From Podarcis pityusensis (taxonomy: Eukaryota), in assembly GCA_964106645.2 (NCBI GenBank), contig OZ067039.1: a stretch of DNA of 64,000 nt; one strand, written 5' to 3'. Below are positions 1 through 11,600 of the stretch, piece by piece. The notes under the pieces are model-generated. The model was not told where the DNA came from. It searched no databases and worked only from the letters and a program-made list of their open reading frames with translations. Position numbers and translations under genes: made by a program. Positions within the stretch are counted from its first letter, which is position 1. Each line of letters starts with the position of its first letter.

Positions 1-563
1 GCATCTGCGGAGCAAAGCGTTTGCAGCCTCTCTGAATAAACAGAACCTCAGCCGGATGAGTATGTTAAAGTTTGCACATGCATCTCTCCCCCTCTTGCTA
101 GTTTTGCTGGTGAATTATTGTTCTTGCGAGGGACACAGTGTGAGAGGAAACCCTTTGCCCTGTTGTCTGTTTTGGGGCTGGAGTGCCTGCGTTCCTTATT
201 GGCAGCTAGCAAGCCCTGGAGTTGGCGGTGCAGAATGCTTGCTCCAGCCTCCCTTCCTGGGTGCTGCATGCTGCTCTGTTCATTGTGGGGCCCAGCTGTG
301 TACTCAGCAATCTGCTTTCATCTGGCTGGTGCCACCAGTTCAGCCCTCTCCTTGTATGGGGCTTTGAGCCAGAAGCCGCTTAACCCTTGAGTGGCTGCTC
401 CCTTGATGTCACGCCTGCTCAGCAAGCAACGCCTGCTGCTTTGGGTGATGATTCAGTAGTGTTTAGCATCCCAGCTATTTTGCAGTCTAGCTGGCTCCTA
501 GGGGGCAGGAATCAAATTCCCTTTCCTCCTCTCTCTTTGCTCTGTTCTGCCATAGCCCTAAAG

Positions 564-1404
564 CAGGGGTCAGCAAACTTTTTCAGCAGGGAGCTGGTCC
601 ATTGTCCCTCAGACCTTGTGGGGGGGGGCAGACTATATGTTGCCATGATTATGACCCGCATTTTTGGCAAAAACCCTTATTGGGACCAACCCCAATGTTG
701 CCCAAATGTGACTTTTGGGGGGGGGGTCCCTCATACACCCACGCTGCTTCCTTTGTGTTTTATGCGTTGACAGTTATTATTTCTCTCATAAGGTGGGGTG
801 GGGGGCTGAGGTAAGCGTGCCATTCCTGTCAGCCCTGGAGAGTGTTTGCGCATGTGTGGGTGAAGGGAAAAGCCGTTGGCCACGCTTAGTCAGGCCGGCA
901 CCACTCAAGCAAAGACTTTCCTTTCCCCACGTGAGGGAAGACGAGGCGGTGGCTATTTACCTTTCCATGGCTCGCACCGTGTAGCTAACAAGCGGCCTCC
1001 CCAGCAGAGTGCAGAACTGCTTTGGAGTGCAGCCGCCCAGGCACTCCCCGTTTCCTTTGGTGGGGAGCACCGCCGCCAAACCCCTGCCGAGGCGCCTCCA
1101 AACCCCTGCCACTGCAACTGCCCTTCCTGAGGTCAGTCGCCGGCAGCTCCGTGGTGGAATTCCAAACTGTGGCTCCTTTTCCCTCTTCCCCACCCCCACC
1201 CCATAAGAAAATACTGTTGCGTGCGACGGACGGAGAAGGGGCTTGTCTCAAGCAGCCACCCACCTCATTTTTGACCCCCAAGCCTGGCTGAGTCGCAAAA
1301 ACCATTGTGCCCACGTGCTGTGCCAGCTGCCTGGATTCCTGGACCGTCCGCGGGCCAGATCTGGGACCTGATCTGGCCCACAGACCTTAGTTTGCCAACC
1401 CATG
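564..1404. mobile_element. Non-autonomous hAT DNA transposon carrying captured host sequence (Pack-hAT)
   Basis: Imperfect TIRs CAGGGGTCAGCAAACT (564-579) and AGTTTGCCAACCCATG (1389-1404). Perfect 8-bp TSD CCCTAAAG at 556-563 and 1405-1412. Ends match the shorter element at 9262-9496. Confidence 0.9.
961..1152 (-). pseudogene. CRPPA: Captured, decayed exon-1 fragment of CRPPA/ISPD (CDP-ribitol pyrophosphorylase A)
   Basis: Translates [40 protein letters not shown] versus recalled human [40 protein letters not shown]. Ends at a donor AG|GTAAAT (961/960). Likely former start CCACC-ACG-G at 1150-1152. Frameshifted, and no downstream exons in the window. Confidence 0.8.
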
Positions 1405-2714
1405 CCCTAAAGCCTCAGTCCTTGTCCTTTTCTAGCCTTGTATTTTTAAGTCTTTGGCATTTCCACGACTCTGCTGTTTTTAATAGGAGATAGCAAACAG
1501 ATTTGGTCTCTTGTGCAACCCAAAAGCCAGGGTGTCCTAACACATTTCATCAGGCACCGCACTGCTTTTCTACAAACATGACGTCTGAAACAACGCTGTC
1601 GAATTGTTCTGAGCTGTTCGACTGAGCCATTGTCTGCCAGCTGTAACAATAGCCTCGCTTTTCTGTACAGTTCTGCTTTGGGTTTGCTTTCTGTGCTTTA
1701 AAAATAAATAAATTAAAAGCTTGTCTGTCTATGGTAGCTCATTTGACACTATCATGGCAGCATCTTCGTTGTTCCATGCTAATCCCCACCAACACATTTG
1801 GGCTGCATCCAGCCTAATGGATCTCAGTTTCTGCGAGCATAGCAGGGGAAGGACGGGTGGCCCAGCATAGCAGCTTGGCTGCCTTCCAAGGCTGCTTCCT
1901 CCTTGGCTTCTGCTTGGGGCTAGCTGAGGTGACAGAGCTCTCTCAGGCGGCTCAGCTGCTCCAGGGTGCCCTGCCTAGGATCCTTTGCACCTGTCCGTCA
2001 GGGTAAGGCAACTGCTGTGATCTGTGGGCAGACGCGGCCCTTGAAGTCATTCTGCTGCAGAAGGAATGAAATTAACGCAGTTGTTGGTCCAGTCCGGTGT
2101 GATTTTGATTAGCTGCTGATACAGTTCAACAGTTGGGAGTATGAACTTGGACCTGTGAAGCATCTGCTGGAATCCAAGTTTATTCAAGGCCACACTCTGG
2201 CATTGAGTCGTCATTCCCTTTGCCATGAGTCTGTCAGGAGTGTTGAATGACAGTGATGAAGATGGGGGGTGGACAGGAAGTTTAGAAGCATAATAAAGTA
2301 ATTTGCACACGAATGATAAATAGCAACGGCGATAGTGTAGACCACCTTTTCCCAATCTGGTGCCCTCTTGAGGTTTTGGACTACAACTCCCATCATTCCT
2401 AGCCAAGATGGCCTGTGGTCAGAATAATGGGAATTGTAGTTGGCAACAGCTAGAGAGTACCAGGTTGGAAAATGCTGGTGTAGACATTGAGTTTTCAGCA
2501 TGTTTCCCCTCCCCCTTGGGACTGAGGTGGTTTGATGGTGGATTTTGGCATATGTAACTATCACCTCAGCTTCATACATAGCTATCATTTCTGGTCCTAT
2601 ATAGATTGCTTGTAAGCGTGCATCAGGTCCAGCTTTCCTCTGTCCTGTATTTCTGTCTGAAAATCTGGACTCCCCAGTTGGTTACCCAATGCCTTCCCCA
2701 ATTTAAGACTAAAC

Positions 2715-2860
2715 AGAATCATAGAATCCTAGAGTTCGAAGGAACCACAAGGGTCATCTAGTCCAGCCCCCCGCAATGCAGGAATTATTTGCCTAACATG
2801 GGGTACAAACTCATGATCCTGAGATTAAGAGTCTCATGCTCTACTGACTGAGCAATCCCA
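2715..2860 (-). mobile_element. tRNA-Lys(CTT)-derived SINE with CR1-type 3' tail
   Basis: Minus strand reads GCTCAGTCAGTAGAGCATGAGACTCTTAATCTCAGG (tRNA-Lys-like head), then GGACTAGATGACC...CTAGGATTCTATGATTCT (CR1 3' end). Confidence 0.8.
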
Positions 2861-3089
2861 GCTAATAGCTGCCTGAGGCTATTCTGTGCCATTTCTTTAC
2901 CTGCCTACTAATGGGGGGGGGAGTTCCTCCTCCAGTTATTGAAGAATTGAGATCCCCGATCAAACTTGCAGAAGAGATGAGGATTAATTTTATTTGCAGA
3001 TTACAACAACGTCATGCCAAACCCTGGCTGAAATGAGCCCCGGTATCAACCCCTCTATGCTTCTAAGTCATTTGGATCAATCTGAATTT

Positions 3090-3920
3090 AATCATGCATT
3101 TTATGAAGTTGTGCTCTGTGCGTATTGATTGTGGCGGTGCTAGGTTGTTTTGGTTTTGTGATTTTATCATAGCCTATGGGTGAAACAAATAAACTAACAG
3201 ACTGAAGCTGTGCTATTATGTTTTTGCCTTCACCACGATACTCCATTTTCTTAACCACTTGCTTCACAACTTGGCTACTTCTGTTTATTTCTCTCTGAAA
3301 ACAATCAATAACTATGAATTTACCCAAGTGTCTTTTCCTGGTAGCTTTAAATAGTTCTAGAATGGATTCGACTCAACTTATTTCTTTGGGTGCTGAAAAA
3401 TTATTTGATAAAATATATTCGCAGTTTTTATTTGTTACTTTGTAAAAAATTGGATTTCCTCAGGAATTTATGAATTAGTGAATTAGAATTTTTTACCTCT
3501 CCTAAATTGTATGAACAAATGGTTCCTTCAGATCCAGATTTTAACCATATGGGGATTAATGGCTGAATAACAAAAGTGGACTTTGAGTCCTTATGGTGGC
3601 TAAGAAACTTATACTTTTTTGCTATCCACCATCTATTACACAATAGTTTAGAGACCTTACTTCCTTGGTTACGTTCAAACATATTTGATATAGGCGCCAA
3701 TCTCATGCAGATACCTATCTGGACATGTCGAACACTTATATTAACTTGCATGTCTTTTTTAAAATCCATGTACTGCTGGGCATTGTATTTGCAATGGGAA
3801 CATATGGCAATTTGTTAATAGTATATTTATTTTCTCTCTTTTCGGTAGTTTGCTTATGTTTTTCTTCCTCTTCTTTTCTGTTCCTTGTTAAAGCTGCAAG
3901 CAAATAAAATAATTTTTTTT
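3090..3920 (+). mobile_element. Possible old L1/Tx1-like LINE remnant
   Basis: AT-rich stretch with a degenerate SLDAEKAFD-like segment (tctttgggtgctgaaaaattatttgataaa near 3383-3412) and an AATAAA-like end. Boundaries uncertain. Confidence 0.35.
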
Positions 3921-4515
3921 AAAGCTCTGGTCCCTTAAAGTCAGAAAGGGTTAAAAGGGGGCCCCCTTCATCCCCTTCCATATGGTTCCGATTATCTCCT
4001 GGTCCAGGCCTTGAACATTTATCAGTAGGGTGTGTCGAAGCTGAATGTGCTGACTTTAACCAAAGGCAGTAGCCGGCTAATAGCTATCCAGGGATGTCAA
4101 GGGATTGGGCAACTCGTCTTGCTTTAGGTGAGTGGGAAAACAGGGTTGTCCACCCTTCCTTTCCTAACAGGTGACTGCAGTTTTTCTGCAGCAGAACTGC
4201 CCTAACTTACTTTACCATTAAGGCTTATGCAGTACAGTCTTGGACAGTATCATTGTTCAGTGGAGCTTGTGGGATTGAGGTTTCATAGGAGCATCTTGGA
4301 CTTGTTCTTTACAACAGAAAGAAGCATAGTTGGTTAAAATGAAGGTGCCATTTTGGCTGTTGTTTAGAAGGGAAATGCAGACACAGTTAACAAATCGGGG
4401 TGCATACAGATGATCACTTACTAGGCAACAGCACATCACAGTCTGCATGGAGCTACTTGATAGGGCATTTGAGCCCATATAAACAAACCATTCTGCAGTT
4501 GCTTGTTTGTCTGTA

Positions 4516-4736
4516 CAGTCATACCTCGGAAGTCGAATGGAATCCGTTCCAGAAGTCTCTTCGACTTCCGAAAAGTTCAGAAACGCAGGCACGCCGGAAA
4601 CAATCGTGGAAGCTGTGCCAAACATTTGGCTTAAAAAAAAAGTTCGGAAACCAGAACTCTCACTTCCGGTTTTCGATTGTTCGGGAGCTGGAACATTCGA
4701 CTCCCAAGGCATTGTTTGGGAGCCGAGGTACGACTG
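4516..4736. mobile_element. Tigger/pogo-type MITE
   Basis: TIRs CAGTCATACCTCGG and CCGAGGTACGACTG. TA on the left, TG on the right. Confidence 0.75.
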
Positions 4737-4900
4737 TGTTATCCTGGCACGTGGTTAGAAAGTTGTTTCTGCACAAGTGCAAAGTAAATGAAATGGTTAT
4801 CTGTATGGGTTCCACGGCATTGTCCTGCCAAATGGTGAAGATTAGACAAGGGCCATAACTTGGTGGTAAAATATATGTCTCAGGTTCAATCCTTGGCATC

Positions 4901-5172
4901 TAATAATAATAATCATCATCATCATCTGGGCGGCTCACTACAGAATATTAAAAACACGATAAAACATCAAACATTAAAAACTTCCATAAACAGGGCTGCC
5001 TTCAGGTGTTTTCTAAAAGTCAGACAGTTGTTTATTTCCTTGACATCTGATGGGAGGGCATTCCACAGGGCAGGTGCCACTACCGAGAAGGCCCTCTGTC
5101 TGGTTCTCTGTAACCTCACTTCTCGCAGTGAGGGAACGGCCAGAAAGCCCTCAGAGCTGGACCTCAGTGTCT
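4901..5172 (-). mobile_element. L2-type LINE 3' fragment with (TAA)n tail, inserted in an older SINE
   Basis: (TAA)/(CAT) tail at 4901-4925 and GGGAGGGCATTCCACAGGGCAGGTGCCACTACCGAGAAGGCCCT, typical of reverse-oriented squamate L2. Flanks (4851-4900, 5173-5260) look like one interrupted SINE. Confidence 0.6.
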
Positions 5173-5571
5173 AGCCAGGAAAGATTTCTGTCTGAAACCC
5201 TGGAGAGCAGCTGCCAATCAGTGAAGACAACACTGAGCTAGATAGGACAATGGTCTGACATTGTATATTTCCACTTTCTGTGCTCTTGCTTTGTAAGATT
5301 TCTGATTAGGTGTAGAAGTGTAGCAAATATCTCGTCTACTTTGAGTGGGCACTTAGCTTGTTAAGTGGCGGATTTCATACCATGGTAAATTCCTTCTTTG
5401 CAAATAGTCATCTGTAATCCCCCTCGGTCACAGGTAGGGAAAAGGAAGACCCTGTCTCATGCTCCACATTCTTCAGATAGGGTGCGTTCTAGGGAAACAC
5501 AGTGTGCATCCTGTAAGTCATACAGGTGAACGTCTCACTTGTTCTGACCTTTTCTCCTCTCTTCCTCCTAG

Positions 5572-5688
5572 GAGCTCACCGGATTGCAAAGATGGAGTCT
5601 CAGGCCAGTGATGACGAGGCAGCCAGTGAAGTGCTGAGTCACTACAGCAGCGCCAGTGAGACGACCAGTGTGACTGAAGAAGTGACAG
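5572..5688 (+). CDS. IFRD2: IFRD2 exon 2
   Basis: cctag|GAGCTC...ACAG|gtgag; AHRIAKMESQASDDEAASEVLSHYSSASETTSVTEEVT. Confidence 0.88.
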
Positions 5689-8600
5689 GTGAGGGTGGGC
5701 AGAAGTTAGTGACAGAAACCCTGGCCTCCTGTGTATTGAGCAAAACTTTAGATTTTGTAAACACTACTTTCAAACCTCAGGAAGCTCCACATAACATAGT
5801 GGTTTTTCTTCCTGGAATGTTTTTTTCACCCTTCAGATTTTAGAGGGATGTGTGCATGTGTGTGATAATTTTTGGGGTGCAGGGTGGGGAGTCATTGAGA
5901 AGGAAGACTTGCTGCTCTACAAAAAAGATTGGGGACAGGAGAATACGTGAGCTTTTTAGCAAAACTTCCACCACATGTTCAGGTTTGTTAGAATCTCCTC
6001 CAGGTCATAAGACAGGGAAAGGTGACAAAATTTGGTTATTTTGGGTTGCAAATTACATTAGCAGATAACATCTGCAGACTAATTCACAAGCTTGCAAAAG
6101 AAAAGAAAAGAAAAGAAAAGAACCACCTCACACAACAAACTGGTATGTGGAGTGTCTTGGAATCAAAATAAAGAGTTTTAGGGTGCTGTAATGGATGTGA
6201 TATACCCCACCACGTGACCACATAATAGGCACTCTTCCAGAGACATCGCTTTGTAAGCATTGTATGAAATTTTTTCCACCGAGTCGGTACTCAGAGTGGT
6301 TTTCAACAAAGCAATTTAAAGCATGGATGGTTTAAAAAAATGGTTGTGGGTGTGGGTGGTGGTGTTGTTTTTTGCTGTTACTAAAACTTCATTAATTACA
6401 GTATAATTCCATTTGAGCTGATACAGTTAAATGTCACATCAGCTGCCAGGACAATTCATAACTCAAGACTGGTCAAAAGCCTGTTGAGCAAGCGTCTCGA
6501 ACAAAAAACCTGTTGAAATGCTACGATAAAGAATCCACTGGCATTTCTGCCAGCACTGTTCAGACTTTCAACCCTTGCTCCCCTTTCTTTAGGGGTACAA
6601 GATCTGCAGGCTGTGGGTCTGGATGTTCCAATCTTTGACGCTTTCCTCCCCTGCTCCCATTTTTTCTGTTTTTCCACAGGAGGTGAAGCAGTGGATGAGC
6701 AGGCGCAGCAAGAGGAGGTGGAAGATAAACTGAAGGAGTGCATTGACAATGTGATGGACAAGAGGTGAGGCTCATCGGCTGTTTTTAAGCTAAATTCAAA
6801 TGTTGTGCCAAACCGTGGCTCTGGAAGCTTATTCCATGCCCCCTGAGGATGCTCAGACCTCCCTGGATTGTTGTTTTTTCCTCAGCCCTTAAAGTTTTCC
6901 CTCCCAAAAGTTACTTTTAATTCTGGAAAGTAGTTTTGATTCCTCCAAGCCTGCTCTTATGTACAGAAACATAACACTCATCATTTGGGCTGCCTAAGAG
7001 GAGGCGGTCAGAGAACTGTGTTCCCTGTTAGCATATAGACTGCTTCCATGGCAAGCTGCCAACCGGGATAGGCTGGGTGCAGCTCCATTGAGAAGAACTT
7101 GGCAGAAGTGCACACAGCGCTTGGCACTTCTCCTCACTACAACAGTATGAATTACTGCTGCCCTTCTGGCCCTGCAGCCTCGATTATTCAGAGTGAACTT
7201 CTGAACTGGGGTGATGGTCTGCACAGTCCGTAGAACATCATTGACTTAGCGTGCGTTCTGATCTCCGTCACACCATGGAATTATTAGGAGGTGCACACTG
7301 GGATATATCATGTATACTTCTGGTGTATTTCCTGATAAACCAAAGCGGTTGGTTCTGAGCCTCAGAATACACACTGCCCTCCCCGAGTCACTTGTGCAGT
7401 TCAGAGCGCGTGCCGTGTACCCGTTATCTTCACACTGAATCAGTATGGGTTTTGTAGCAGGTGAAGAATTTGCTGAACTGTTCAGAAAGATGAAGTAAAC
7501 CTGCAAAATTCGTTCAGAGCGAGCTGACTTTATTTGGCACTGGACTTGGATTCTTGTGAGGAGGGCTGCGCATTCTTGGCTCTTGTTATGACTCCCATCT
7601 CTCTCTTTTTGACATCTTTCCAGTGCCAAGACACGGCAGGTTGCTCTAGAGAGCCTGCGACTGGCCTTCTCCTCCAAGACGCTCTTTGACTTCCTGTTGG
7701 AACGCAGGCTCACTGTCACAGACTCCTTAGAGAAGTGCCTGAAGAAAGGTGGGTCTCTGCAACCTTTAGTACAGCACCATTATGTAATACAGACGGACTT
7801 GATCCAGCTTAACCAAAGCACTTCCAAGTCCCATTTGGTTTTAGCAGGAGAAATGAGCACCTGCTTTAATTAAATCTCTCCCACCGAAAACAACTGGGCA
7901 TGAAAATGGTTTGTGTTGGCAGTTTCATACTTTTCTAAATAAGGTAACTTCTGGTTGTTTTTATTGTCCTTTTGTAATTTGATACTTCTGTTAAGCATAA
8001 AGATTGTGAAGTTACCATATTTGATGCATAATAATAATAATAATAATTTATTATTTATACCCCTCCCATCTGGCTGGACTTCCCCAGCCACTCTGGGCAG
8101 CTAATGTAAACATTTCCACATAAGTTTTCATCCATTGTTAACAACCACCTTATAAGATAGGCTAGTGTGATTATCCCCTTGTTACTAGTACGAGCAGAGG
8201 GCGACTGCAACTCGCCCCAGGTTTACTGTGAATTTTGAACCAAGGCCTCCTGGCTCTCTCACAAAATGAGGCATGTTAGTGCTGCCGTTCTCCCATCTGT
8301 GAAGGATTGGTAGGTTTCTGTGACATCTCCATTGTTATATGGCAAAGGGATAGAACTTTACTTCTCTATGTTCATTTTAACAACTTGCGTGCTTCTTGCC
8401 TGCCCTCTTGATGTTGCCTTTGAAATGCCCTGTGCATCAGAGATGGTGAGTCTTTGCAACCCTCCCAGATATTGGGCTACAACTCCCATCAGCCTCAGCT
8501 AGCATGGCCGATGGTCAGGGATGATGAGAGTTGTAGTCAGACAACATCTGGAGGGCCGCAGCATCTTTGTCCCAGTTCTACATCCTGTAGGCAACCTTTT

Positions 8601-11600
8601 GCCTTTAAAACCGCTTTGGAATATTGTGAGACAGTACTGCGCCAGGGCAGAAAAGATGCCGCTTCTGGTGCTCTGTGCCCCCGCAATTCTAAGTTTCATA
8701 ACTGTCCCGTGTTCCCTGTTTTCTTGCACATGACTAGTGCTGTTTTGAATATTTTGCATGAGAGGGAAAGGCAGCTTATTCTCTTCCTCCTCTCAGGTAA
8801 AGGGGAGGAGCAGTCCCTTGCTGCTACTGTCCTTACACTACTGTGCCTTCAGATGGGCTCGGGGCCCGAGGGGGAGGAGGTGTTCCGCAGCCTGAAGCCC
8901 CTCCTCACCACCATCCTCACAGACTCCTCGGCCAGCCCAGTTGCTCGGCAAAGTGTGAGTAGCACCTCTTTTTTTCTGTCTCAGAGGAAACCTTGTGGGA
9001 GGGAGATGTTACTGGGCACTCTGGGAAATGGTTTCTTAAAATGGCTACTTGGAATGGCTTTGACGTTGCCTTGTCCTGTCTTCCTTTTTCTCTTCCGTCT
9101 CCCCCGGTAGTGTGCCACTGCTCTTGGGATGTGCTGCTACATCGCTGCTGCAGACATGGAGGTAACTTACCCTAATGCTTTAACTTGACAGGCGGTAGCC
9201 AGTGAAGCAAGAACCTAGATCTCCCTCCCCTCCTGTATGGGGTGGTGTAGTAGTAACAAGGCAGGGGTCAGCAAACTTTTTCAGCAGGGGGCCGGTCCAC
9301 TGTCCCTCAGATCTTGTGGGGGGCCGGACTATATTTTTTTTTGGGGGGGGGGATGAACGAATTCCTATGTCCCACAAATAACCCAGAGATGCATTTTAAA
9401 TAAAAGGACACATTCTACTCATGTAAAAACACGCTGATTCCCGGACCGTCCACGGGCCGGATTTAGGCGATTGGGGCCTTATTTTGTCTACTCATGACTA
9501 GAGTGTCAGCACCCTGTCTTTGAATACTGATCCTTGGAGTTTGTCAGGTCTAGATTAGTTGTAAGAGTGCCCGACTCCACCATGCTCTCAAATTGTTTCA
9601 GAGAGTATTTGTTACTTTCTGAAAAGTGGTTAGCCAAGTATTGATCCCCTGAAGTGTTTTAGGGAAGCCATTCATTTTGCATTGAGAAACAGCCCCTTGA
9701 CTACTGATTCCTTGCATAACTCAGTCTATTGAGACTCCTCCGTAGTCCCTTCTGATTAAATAGCTCCTGGTTTTTCCACCCACAGTTTTTATCCCATGCT
9801 GCTTCTCTGGTATACCGCTTAGCTATTGCTTTTGTAGCTACACAGAGGACTGACCACCTCACTACAGGTAGAGCCAATTCCTTTTGGATCAGCCCAGAGA
9901 GGTGGGACTAAGATGAGCTGCTCTCTGCATTAGGACATGGCCATAGCTGGACTTACCTATTCAAGTTGAAACTGGTGGTTTTAAGGCTTCATTCACGAAA
10001 ATGGACTCATTCTTCATGCGCAGGAATACTTAACAGATTTACAAGGGGAAAGCACATACTGTAAGTGTTTTGGGGTGTGCGTTTCATTTCTAGAACAAAA
10101 GAGAACAAGAAAAAGCACTTTGGGTGTCATTGAACTTTAGGGCTGCAGTCTACCCAACTTTCCTGCATTGGCAAACCTGGCTCCCTCAGAGTTGATTGCC
10201 AGCGTAATGTGAACCCAGATTATGTGCCACCCTGAAGCCCCAGCGTAGTTCACCCAGAAACTTAGATACTCTTCTGGTTTATTGTATCCTTTTTTAGTTT
10301 CTCTTATTGTTTCTGTGAGAACTGACTGATCACTTCCCACCCCCTTCAGGACTTGGTTTCCTGTCTTGCCTGCCTAGAAGGCATCTTTGGCAGTTCCTGC
10401 AGCACGGATGCCAGCTTGGTGCCCTCTCATCACAGTCCTCTGCTCCAGACCTTGCATTGCAATGCACTCCAGTCATGGTCTCTGCTCCTCACCATCTGCC
10501 CAAGCACCCAGATCAAGAAGATCCTGGACAAGTGAGTGTTGAGCTTGATGATCAGACTGGGGAAGGGGCTTTCCATGGGCGTCTGGTTGACCACTGTGAG
10601 ACCAGGATGCTGGACTAGATGCGCCACTTGCCTGATCGAGCAGGGCTGTTCTTACATTCTTGCCTTGTGCTCTCCTTCTACAGTCACTTACCCAAGTTGC
10701 CGCTGATGCTGTCCAGTGATAACGTCAACCTTCGGATTGTGGCAGGTGAAACGATTGCACTGCTCTTTGAACTGGCTCGAGACATGGAGGTAGGATATAG
10801 CACTTGCTGATACTTGCATACTCACATGCGAGGTCCCTCTTGTGCTTGTGACCATTCTCTATTGGAGGCAATATTGCACTGAACGCCAGCTTCTAGGGAG
10901 CAGAAACGTCTGCTGCCTTCGTATCACAGAGCCTTGTGATTGCCCATTGTGAGAAACAGGTTGCCCAACTAGATAGGCCTTTGGTCTGGTCCAGCAAGGC
11001 TCATCGTGGGTTCTTGTAGCCCCTGAGGCCTTTGCCAATAAGCTGGGGGGGGGGGGACTTAAGAAGATCCCTTCTGGATCAGGTCAATGGCCCATCTACT
11101 CCAGCCTCCTGTTCCCACAGTAGCCAACCAGATGCATATGGGAAGCCTGCAAGCTGGTTGGAAGACCCAGTGAAGAAAATAATAGTCTTGACAGCAATTC
11201 CAAATCTATCAACTTCCAAGTTTCATTCCCTGTCTGCACACGAACACACACACTCTTAGTGTCTTAGGATATGATCATTTGAGGCAAACCCTGCAGTGCC
11301 CTTTGGCTTTGTGTTGATAAAAGACTGCCTTAGAAAATTTAATCTTGAGTAAAATGCTGTCCCACTCAAAATTTGTGAGTCTATATGAGGAAAGGGTGGA
11401 TCGGTCTATTTTTTTGTCTTTGTCCATTTTGCACATATTCATGAGTTTAGTATGGTTTCTGCAGCCACCTTTTTATTGCAAAACACTCCTTTTATCCTAA
11501 AATATACATTTTCTAAATGTACGTCAGCACATTGTTGCTGTTTTTTTGAACTGAGCGTTGAATTGCAAAATTCATAAGTGTGAAATCCAAACAGTAAACT

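Noticed and set aside
957-1199. 80-aa ORF as a functional CRPPA gene or exon
   Set aside because: Enclosed by transposon TIRs and TSD, key motif altered, frameshifted relative to the likely start, and no further exons visible.
2790-2860. tRNA-Lys gene (also ~20265-20330)
   Set aside because: Degenerate stems and T-loop, fused to a CR1 tail with no oligo-T terminator, so it is a SINE head.
1-5571. IFRD2 exon 1 inside the window
   Set aside because: No MPR-like basic N-terminal exon or promoter island found; the only CpG-rich patch is the transposon cargo.
7440-7520. Possible hairpin, snoRNA or poison exon in IFRD2 intron 3
   Set aside because: Only a short GCAGGT/ACCTGC stem; no convincing box C/D or H/ACA layout or strong donor.
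8454-9110. 218-aa ORF as a separate gene
   Set aside because: Intronic read-through around IFRD2 exon 5; its start lies in a repeat.
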